Positions 57,405 through 64,000 of a stretch of DNA of 64,000 nucleotides are shown here, one piece after another (positions within the stretch are counted from its first letter, which is position 1; each line of letters begins with the position of its first letter). This DNA is from an uncultured Bacteroidales bacterium. GTDB taxonomy: Bacteria; Bacteroidota; Bacteroidia; Bacteroidales; UBA4417. The stretch spans positions 46,371 through 110,370 of the forward strand of contig CAIJPI010000180.1 of assembly GCA_903822525.1 (NCBI GenBank), in the 5' to 3' direction. The notes below the pieces were generated by a model, which did no database searches, was not told the DNA's origin, and was given only the letters and a program-made list of their open reading frames with translations. The position numbers and the translations under genes were made by a program.

Positions 57405-59312
57405 ATGAAGACCATTCCCGATTTTTTTGAAGAAAATGTTAAAATGTTTGCCGAAAATGTCTACCTGTTAGAGAAAACAGGGACGGAATACGAAGGCTCT
57501 ACCTATCAACAAATCAAGGATTTAGTTGAGCAGTTTGCTGCCGGGCTGCTTAGTCTCGGCGTAGCAAAAGGTGACCGCTTAGCACTTCTGTCGGAAGGTC
57601 GTAATGCCTGGGTGGTCAGCGAGATAGGGGTTTTATACACGGGTGCTATCAATATACCTTTGTCGGTTAAACTTGCCGAGGCCGACGAAATCCGTTTCCG
57701 GCTTGCCCATGGTGGCGTAAGCATGGCTATTGTCTCGGGAAACCAGGCAAAAAAAATCCGCGACATAAAACATGACCTCCCTGAGTTTAAGAAGCTCATC
57801 CTGCTGGATGGCGATGCTCAAGATGATTCCGAGATCACCTACGATGCTGTATTAGAGCTTGGCAAACAGTTTCTGGCAAGTTCGTATGATGCTTTTATGA
57901 ATGCGCGGAATGCCATACAACCCGACGATCCGGCCAATATTTGCTATACTTCGGGCACAACTGCCGATCCCAAAGGGATTGTTCTTTCGCATAATAATTA
58001 TGTTTCCAATGTGTACCAGGGATATACACTTATGGATATCCCTCCTCACTATACAACACTTTTGATCCTGCCCTGGGATCATGCATTTGCTCATACAGCA
58101 GGCATCTACTGCATGATGGGCAAAGGAGCATCAATGGCTTCCATTCAGCTGGGGAAAACGGGCATGGAAACGCTTAAAAATATCCCGGTAAATATTAAGG
58201 AAATAAAGCCCCATTTGCTGATGAGCGTTCCGGCACTGGCATCAAATTTTAAAAAGAACATTGAAAAAGGCATCAGCGACAAAGGCTTTATTGTTAATGC
58301 CTTGTTTAAACACGCATTATATATTTCCTACCAGTATAATAATGATGGCTTCCGCAAAGGACCTGGGCTTTCATTTTTGAATAAGCCTTTGATGAGACTC
58401 TACGATAAGATTCTGTTCAGCAAAATTCGCGAAGGTTTTGGAGGCAGGCTCGAATTTTTTATTGGAGGTGGCGCACTACTGGATCTCGAAATCCAGAAGT
58501 TTTTTTACGCCATTGGACTGCCTATGTTTCAGGGATACGGGCTTACTGAGGCTTCCCCTATTATTTCGTCGAATTCGCTGGCCAAACATAAATTGGGCTC
58601 GTCAGGCTACCTTGTCGGGGATATGAAATTAAAAATCTGCGACGAAAAAGGTAAGGAACTACCTGTGGGTGAGCACGGCGAAATAGTGATACAAGGCGAA
58701 AATGTTATGCTGGGCTATTGGAACAATCCTGAAGCCAGCGCCCAGTCGCTTCGCGATGGCTGGCTGTATACCGGCGACCTTGGGTATATGGATGAGGATG
58801 GGTTTCTGTATGTGCTGGGACGCTATAAAAGCCTGCTGATAGCTGATGATGGCGAAAAATACAGCCCTGAAGGAATAGAAGAAGCCTATACCGGGCAGAG
58901 CCATTTTATTTCGCAATGTATGCTTTATAACAACCAGCATCCGTATACAATAGTTCTGGTTGTTCCCGAAAAAGCGCAACTACTGAGCCATCTCAAACAC
59001 AAAGGTCTCGACCCGTCTACTGATGCAGGTATTCATGAAGCGATTCGCTGTATTGGACATGAGCTGAACCACTATCGCAAACATGGCCATTATGGCCACA
59101 TGTTCCCTCACCGCTGGCTTCCGGCTGCTGTCGGGATATTGCCGGCTCCGTTTACTGAAGACAATCATATGATGAACACAACAATGAAAATGGTTCGGGG
59201 TAAAATTACCGATCATTACATTCAACTGATTGATTTCCTTTTTACTTCCGAGGGCAAGGATATATACCATAAACGGAATTTTGAAAATATGAGGACATTC
59301 CTGGGGAAATGA
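57405..59312 (+). CDS. Long-chain-fatty-acid--CoA ligase (AMP-dependent synthetase/ligase)
   Basis: AMP-binding motif CYTSGTTADPKG, then QGYGLTE and YTGDLGYMDEDGFLYVLGRYKSLL. Confidence 0.9.
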   Translation: MKTIPDFFEENVKMFAENVYLLEKTGTEYEGSTYQQIKDLVEQFAAGLLSLGVAKGDRLALLSEGRNAWVVSEIGVLYTGAINIPLSVKLAEADEIRFRLAHGGVSMAIVSGNQAKKIRDIKHDLPEFKKLILLDGDAQDDSEITYDAVLELGKQFLASSYDAFMNARNAIQPDDPANICYTSGTTADPKGIVLSHNNYVSNVYQGYTLMDIPPHYTTLLILPWDHAFAHTAGIYCMMGKGASMASIQLGKTGMETLKNIPVNIKEIKPHLLMSVPALASNFKKNIEKGISDKGFIVNALFKHALYISYQYNNDGFRKGPGLSFLNKPLMRLYDKILFSKIREGFGGRLEFFIGGGALLDLEIQKFFYAIGLPMFQGYGLTEASPIISSNSLAKHKLGSSGYLVGDMKLKICDEKGKELPVGEHGEIVIQGENVMLGYWNNPEASAQSLRDGWLYTGDLGYMDEDGFLYVLGRYKSLLIADDGEKYSPEGIEEAYTGQSHFISQCMLYNNQHPYTIVLVVPEKAQLLSHLKHKGLDPSTDAGIHEAIRCIGHELNHYRKHGHYGHMFPHRWLPAAVGILPAPFTEDNHMMNTTMKMVRGKITDHYIQLIDFLFTSEGKDIYHKRNFENMRTFLGK

Positions 59313-59410
59313 TTATAGAAACAGCAGTATAAACCGCTCCATTCTTTGACATTTTTTTACTGTCTAAATTTTTAAATTGAAGTGATTTATCAAGTTATTT
59401 GCTCAATCTA

Positions 59411-59529
59411 CTGTCAGGCTGAGAAGCCTGCCCTGAGCCTGCCGAAGGGGAGTCGAAGCCCAATGAAGCATCTCAATATTTTCGTTTTAGCGTTGAACGA
59501 GTGCATTTCGACTTCGCTCAATGTGACAG
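59411..59529. repeat. Imperfect long-hairpin intergenic element of about 120 bp (REP/MITE-like)
   Basis: The termini CTGTCAGGCTGAG (59411) and CTCAATGTGACAG (59517-59529) are inverted. Internally, GAGTCGAAGCC...ATGAAGCA pairs with GTGCATTTCGACTTCGCTC. Confidence 0.6.
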
Positions 59530-59611
59530 AAATACAGGGTTTTGATGCTTGAAAGTAGTTTTATCATTTTTAAACAGTTACTTAACATTTTAGCCTTCGA
59601 AAATTAAATTC

Positions 59612-60436
59612 ATGATTGTCTTTCCCAACTGTAAAATCAACCTTGGCCTTTGGGTTACGCAACGCCGCAAGGATGGGTATCATAACATCCAAACTGTTAT
59701 GTTTCCGGTTCCCTGGTGCGATGTTCTGGAAATTGTGTCTGCAAAAGATTCAGGAACTACAATAACCATAACGGGTATTCCGGTGGGAGGGGAGGCTGAG
59801 AATAACCTTTGTTACCGTGCGTGGCAGATGCTGGCTGATGCATTTGGGATACCGCCGGTTCATATCCATTTGCATAAAGTGATTCCAACAGGTGCCGGGC
59901 TGGGCGGAGGTTCGTCGGATGCATCCTTTACGTTGCGGTTGCTGAATGTATTGTTTAAGTTGAACCTGGATACAGATGCCTTGCGGACATTTGCCGTAAA
60001 GTTAGGAATGGATTGCCCGTTTTTTATTGAAAATGTACCTGCGCTTTCGACTGGGAGGGGCGAATTTCTGAAACCGGTTTCGCTTTATCTCGATGGCTTA
60101 TACCTTGTGGTGGTGAAGCCTCCGGTTCATGTAAGCACTGCTGCAGCTTTTATTGGAATAAAACCTCTCAGCAGGGAAAATTCGATTGACGAGTATACTG
60201 ATGCCTCAATAGAGCATTGGAGGCATACCTTGCACAATGATTTTGAGAACAATGTTTTTGAATTGTATCCTGATATCCTTGAAATAAAGAATTCGCTGTA
60301 CAGGCAGGGTGCTGTGTATGCTTCCATGAGCGGGAGCGGATCAGCTGTTTACGGTTTATTTAAAAAGGAAACGGCTATCATGGACTACCCGGGCTGTGAA
60401 GTATTTCAAACTTTACTTGGGAGCCAGTCTCAATAA
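59612..60436 (+). CDS. ispE: 4-diphosphocytidyl-2-C-methyl-D-erythritol kinase
   Basis: PNCKINLGL, GHMP-kinase motif IPTGAGLGGGSSDAS, C-terminal MSGSGSAVYGLF. Confidence 0.92.
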   Translation: MIVFPNCKINLGLWVTQRRKDGYHNIQTVMFPVPWCDVLEIVSAKDSGTTITITGIPVGGEAENNLCYRAWQMLADAFGIPPVHIHLHKVIPTGAGLGGGSSDASFTLRLLNVLFKLNLDTDALRTFAVKLGMDCPFFIENVPALSTGRGEFLKPVSLYLDGLYLVVVKPPVHVSTAAAFIGIKPLSRENSIDEYTDASIEHWRHTLHNDFENNVFELYPDILEIKNSLYRQGAVYASMSGSGSAVYGLFKKETAIMDYPGCEVFQTLLGSQSQ

Positions 60437-61498
60437 AATGATAGCCACTATTCCATAAATAAAGTTTGGAATCCATAACGCTACTGCTGCAGGCAGGTTC
60501 CCGAAGATTGCAAAAACCGAAGTTATCTGGAGCAGAAGTATAAAAGTAAACGCAATAGCTATTCCCATTCCGAGGTGCATCCCAATTCCACCCCTGACTT
60601 TCCGGCTCGAAAGGGCTACTCCGATAAAGGTCAGCACCAGGTTGGCAAAAGGGAATGTGAGCCGTTTGTATTTTTCGAGGTTGAATTGACCTGTCAGGGT
60701 GCTGCCTCTAAGTTTTTCCTGCTTGATAAAGCGGTTTAGCTGGTTGTAGGTCATTATTTTGGCATCCTCTATATCGACCATGAAATCAGAAGGTGTAAAT
60801 GCCATTACGGTATCGGTTTCGCGACCCTGGTATATTTTTTCTCCTTGTGGCCGTATTTTTCGTAGCACATAGTTGTTCATTTTCCAACGGCTTTGAATGC
60901 TGTCCCAGGTAATCATGTCAGCTTTCAACTTTAATGTTAAGCCTGTGCTGTCGAATTTCTCAAGGCTGAAGCGGTATCCTATTTTTCCGATACTGTTAAA
61001 ATTCTCGACATACACATAAGTCCCGGGCTCCAGTTGCATATGCATATTCATCTGATGCGACTGAAAAGGATTTTTAATGTATTGCTTTTCGAAGGCTCTT
61101 AAATTCCGGTTGGTAAACGGAATAATATAATTCATCAGCCCGAACGAAAGTACTGTGAGAAAAATCCCTGAAACAAGATAAGGTACCAGCATACGCCAGA
61201 AACTTACTCCTCCGTTCAGAATGGCCACTATCTCGGTGTTGGATGCCATTCGTGAAGTAAAGTATACTACCGCAATAAAGGTGAACAATCCGCTGAACAT
61301 GTTCACGAAATACGGGATGAAGTTGAGGTAATACTGGAAAACAATAGCTTTCAGCGGCGCATCCTTTTCGATAAAATCATCTATCTTTTCCGAGATATCG
61401 AAGATGATAATAATAATTGTAAGCAGCAGAATGGAATAAAAATACGTCCCCAGAAATTTGCGGATAATGTAAATATCAATTTTTTTTAGTCCCAGCAC
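60413..61498 (-). CDS. LptF/LptG-family (YjgP/YjgQ) permease
   Basis: N-terminus KKIDIYIIRKFLGTYFYSILLL, six TM segments and a central periplasmic domain. The 3' end overlaps the ispE 3' end by 24 nt. Confidence 0.85.
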   Translation of the reverse strand: MLGLKKIDIYIIRKFLGTYFYSILLLTIIIIIFDISEKIDDFIEKDAPLKAIVFQYYLNFIPYFVNMFSGLFTFIAVVYFTSRMASNTEIVAILNGGVSFWRMLVPYLVSGIFLTVLSFGLMNYIIPFTNRNLRAFEKQYIKNPFQSHQMNMHMQLEPGTYVYVENFNSIGKIGYRFSLEKFDSTGLTLKLKADMITWDSIQSRWKMNNYVLRKIRPQGEKIYQGRETDTVMAFTPSDFMVDIEDAKIMTYNQLNRFIKQEKLRGSTLTGQFNLEKYKRLTFPFANLVLTFIGVALSSRKVRGGIGMHLGMGIAIAFTFILLLQITSVFAIFGNLPAAVALWIPNFIYGIVAIILLRLAPK

Positions 61499-61604
61499 CG
61501 TATTTGGCAGTATTTATAGGTTTTCGAAATCAAAAGTACAAAAGTGATCAATAGGAGCGACATGCAATTTTTCTGGGCACACAGGTCCGGGGGAGGAATT
61601 GGGG

Positions 61605-62735
61605 TCAGAGCCTGAATGCCATTTGTTTTACCATCATGTTTTTCCAGCTGATAAAATCGCCTTCTTCAATATGCCTGCGGGCTTCACGTACCAGCCATTG
61701 ATAGAAAGCAAGGTTGTGAATGCTTGCAATCATTGGACCCAGCATTTCGCCGGCTTTAAACAAGTGTTTCACATAAGCCAGGCTGTATTCTCTGTCGACA
61801 AAAGAAGTTCCTTCAACATCCAAAGGCGAAAAATCATCTTTCCATTTTTCATTCCTGAGGTTAATGGTTCCCCTTGAAGTGAATAACTGCCCGTTTCTCC
61901 CGTTTCGGGTAGGCATAACACAATCGAACATATCAATGCCGAGGGCGATGTTTTCGAGGATATTCGAAGGAGTGCCGACTCCCATGAGGTAACGGGGTCT
62001 GTCAGCCGGCAATATACCGCAAACAAGCTCAGTCATTTCATACATCTGTTCGGCAGGTTCACCCACCGAGAGTCCGCCAATTGCATTTCCTGCGGCATTA
62101 TGGCCCGCTATCACTTCAGCTGATTTTATCCTGAGGTCGCGAAAGGTACTTCCCTGCACAATAGGGAAGAGCGATTGCTCATAACCATAATGCGGATCTG
62201 TTTCTTTAAAGCGGGACATACAGCGCGAAAGCCACCTGTGGGTGAGGTCGAGTGATTTGCTGGCGTACTCATAGTCGCAGGGCCATGGCGTACATTCATC
62301 AAAAGCCATAATGATATCAGCACCTATAACACGTTGAATATCCATTACATATTCAGGAGTAAATAGGTGTTTCGATCCATCGATATGCGAATTGAAAACA
62401 ACGCCATTTTCGTTAAGCTTTCGCCTTTCGGTTAGCGAATATACCTGATATCCGCCGCTATCAGTAAGTATTGGCCCCTGCCAGCCATTAAATTTATGAA
62501 GTCCGCCTGCCTTAGCAAGTACATCGAGGCCGGGGCGCAAATATAAATGATAGGTATTGCTGAGTATGATTTGAGCCTGTATGTCATCCTTAACCTCACG
62601 CATATGAACCGCTTTTACAGCACCGGCAGTACCTACAGGCATAAAAGCAGGAGTTTCGATCACGCCATGGCCGGTTGTAATGGTTCCTCTTCGTGCGCTA
62701 CTTTGAGGATCAGTTAACTTTAATTCAAAATGCAT
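61605..62735 (-). CDS. tgt: tRNA-guanine transglycosylase (queuine tRNA-ribosyltransferase)
   Basis: ETPAFMPVGT, ILTDSGGYQV, AFDECTP, YLMGVGTP, GIDMFDCVMPTRNGRNG. The zinc-site cysteines are not conserved (see findings). Confidence 0.95.
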   Translation of the reverse strand: MHFELKLTDPQSSARRGTITTGHGVIETPAFMPVGTAGAVKAVHMREVKDDIQAQIILSNTYHLYLRPGLDVLAKAGGLHKFNGWQGPILTDSGGYQVYSLTERRKLNENGVVFNSHIDGSKHLFTPEYVMDIQRVIGADIIMAFDECTPWPCDYEYASKSLDLTHRWLSRCMSRFKETDPHYGYEQSLFPIVQGSTFRDLRIKSAEVIAGHNAAGNAIGGLSVGEPAEQMYEMTELVCGILPADRPRYLMGVGTPSNILENIALGIDMFDCVMPTRNGRNGQLFTSRGTINLRNEKWKDDFSPLDVEGTSFVDREYSLAYVKHLFKAGEMLGPMIASIHNLAFYQWLVREARRHIEEGDFISWKNMMVKQMAFRL

Positions 62736-62939
62736 TCGTATGTCAGTAAGTTAGTAAACAAAAAAAGGTGAATGCTGTTTCAGCATGGAGAGTGGCGCAA
62801 AAAACAGGGTAATCCACAATATAATGATTAACAAAAGTATTTTATAAGGGGCTATATGGCAGTAAAACAATGGTTTACATGGGATTATAGCTGTTATAAA
62901 CTTTTTTGCAAAGATAGATCATTATTCATTTCAGAGTAA

Positions 62940-62947
62940 TACTTTTG
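62940..62947 (+). promoter_or_regulatory. Candidate -7 promoter box (TACTTTTG) for the GT2 gene
   Basis: Exact TAnnTTTG match 13 nt upstream of the ATG at 62960. Confidence 0.4.
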
Positions 62948-62959
62948 TCAGTCCAATTC

Positions 62960-64000
62960 ATGATATTGATGCTTCAGGAATTTTTTGAACAGGCACCGTT
63001 GTTATTTATTACACTTGCATTGCTGGCACTGGCCACGTTAGTCCAATTGTTTTACTACTGGGTAATTTATGGTAAAATAGCTTTCTTTAAACAGAAAAAT
63101 GAATATGTGCGTTCCGATCAGCCGGTATCGGTGATTGTGTGTGCCCGCGATGAATATTATAACCTCAAAGAAAACCTTCCCCTGCTATTGAGCCAGGATT
63201 ACTCGGTATTTGAAGTGGTGGTTGTGAATCATGGGTCGGAAGATGAAACGCAATACCTGCTCCGCGACCTGGCAGCAGAACATCCGAACCTTAAAATTGT
63301 AAGTGTCCCTCAAGACCTTAATTTTTTTACAGGGAAAAAATTCCCTCTTTCAATAGGGATAAAGTCTGCCAGTTACGATGTGCTTTTATTTACTGACGCC
63401 GATTGTAAGCCTTCCGGTAATCAATGGTTACGACGTATGGCTGCCAATTTTACCGAAGGCACCGAAATAGTGATAGGCTATGGAGCTTACAGTAAGGCAA
63501 AATCCTTACTGAACCTGCTCATCAGGTTCGATACAACAAGGGTAGCAATGAACTACCTTAGTTTTGCGCGTGCCGGGATGCCTTATATGGGAGTAGGTCG
63601 CAATATGGCATACCGTAAATCGCTGTTTTACAAGCAGAACGGGTTTATTTCTCATTATCATATACAATCGGGCGACGACGATTTGTTTATTAATAAAGCT
63701 GCAACGAAGAAAAATTTACGCATCGAGATACAGGCCGATGCGCATACCATCAGTACGCCAAAATCATCATTTGATCTTTGGCTGAGGCAGAAACGCCGGC
63801 ACCTGATGACAGGCGGCTATTATAAAGCTACACATAAATTTGCACTCGGTTTATTCGCTTTCACGCAGGCTTTGTTCTGGCTTGCAGCTGCTGGATTACT
63901 TGTAATGTGGTATCAGCCTTACATTGTACTTGGATTGGTTGGCTTGCGATTGTTCAGCCAACTGCTTGTAACCGGCAAAGCAATGAATAAACTCTCCGAA
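62960..64000 (+). CDS. Glycosyltransferase family 2, membrane-associated, 3'-truncated by the window edge
   Basis: This ORF is not in the ORF track because it has no stop in the window. It reads MILMLQEFFEQAPLLFITLALLALATLVQLFYYWV...PVSVIVCARDEYYNLKENLPLLLSQDYSVFEVVVVNHGSEDET...FTDADC...QSGDDDLF, and the frame is open to nt 64000. Confidence 0.85.
   Translation, partial: MILMLQEFFEQAPLLFITLALLALATLVQLFYYWVIYGKIAFFKQKNEYVRSDQPVSVIVCARDEYYNLKENLPLLLSQDYSVFEVVVVNHGSEDETQYLLRDLAAEHPNLKIVSVPQDLNFFTGKKFPLSIGIKSASYDVLLFTDADCKPSGNQWLRRMAANFTEGTEIVIGYGAYSKAKSLLNLLIRFDTTRVAMNYLSFARAGMPYMGVGRNMAYRKSLFYKQNGFISHYHIQSGDDDLFINKAATKKNLRIEIQADAHTISTPKSSFDLWLRQKRRHLMTGGYYKATHKFALGLFAFTQALFWLAAAGLLVMWYQPYIVLGLVGLRLFSQLLVTGKAMNKLSE

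Noticed and set aside
1-64000. Search for CRISPR arrays, rRNA/tRNA genes, integrases, transposases, toxin-antitoxin pairs, restriction-modification or other defence islands
   Set aside because: No regularly spaced direct repeats, no tRNA T-arm/acceptor signatures (GGTTCGAATCC-type) and no recombinase, transposase or phage-like ORFs were seen. Every ORF over 100 codons that is not antisense to a called gene has a housekeeping, envelope or sensor-type assignment.

Overview
This is a 64-kb chromosomal segment that looks like a Bacteroidota genome. Supporting signs are T9SS C-terminal sorting domains, GldB, a type III glutamine synthetase, GH92, DUF5686, a GH3-family gene, and TAnnTTTG -7 promoter boxes close to start codons. 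I call about 50 densely packed protein-coding genes on both strands. Most are housekeeping: trmB, glnN, apbC/mrp plus nifU-like, nadE, gldB, NIF3, lpxK, secA, pyrH-frr, metK, hutU, priA, ispE, tgt. Both window edges cut a gene: a 5'-truncated SPOR protein on the left and a 3'-truncated GT2 glycosyltransferase on the right. I found no rRNA, tRNA, CRISPR array, integrase, transposase or phage gene. I did not find a convincing multi-gene novel system, so the window reads as core genome and I will not claim one. The best leads are: (1) a THUMP/NPPY RNA methyltransferase fused to a 270-aa charged, repeat-bearing tail; (2) an output-less four-PAS protein upstream of a histidine kinase / response regulator / MazG operon; (3) a perfect 38-bp palindrome carrying mirror-image -7 boxes just upstream of an acyl-CoA synthetase, next to a relic of an M1 peptidase gene; (4) Tgt and Mrp/ApbC homologues whose textbook metal-binding cysteines are replaced; (5) a TTAGGG-like G-quadruplex motif between pyrH and frr; (6) several REP/MITE-like hairpin elements in intergenic spacers. 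All functional calls rest on motif and domain recognition by eye; no database search was run.
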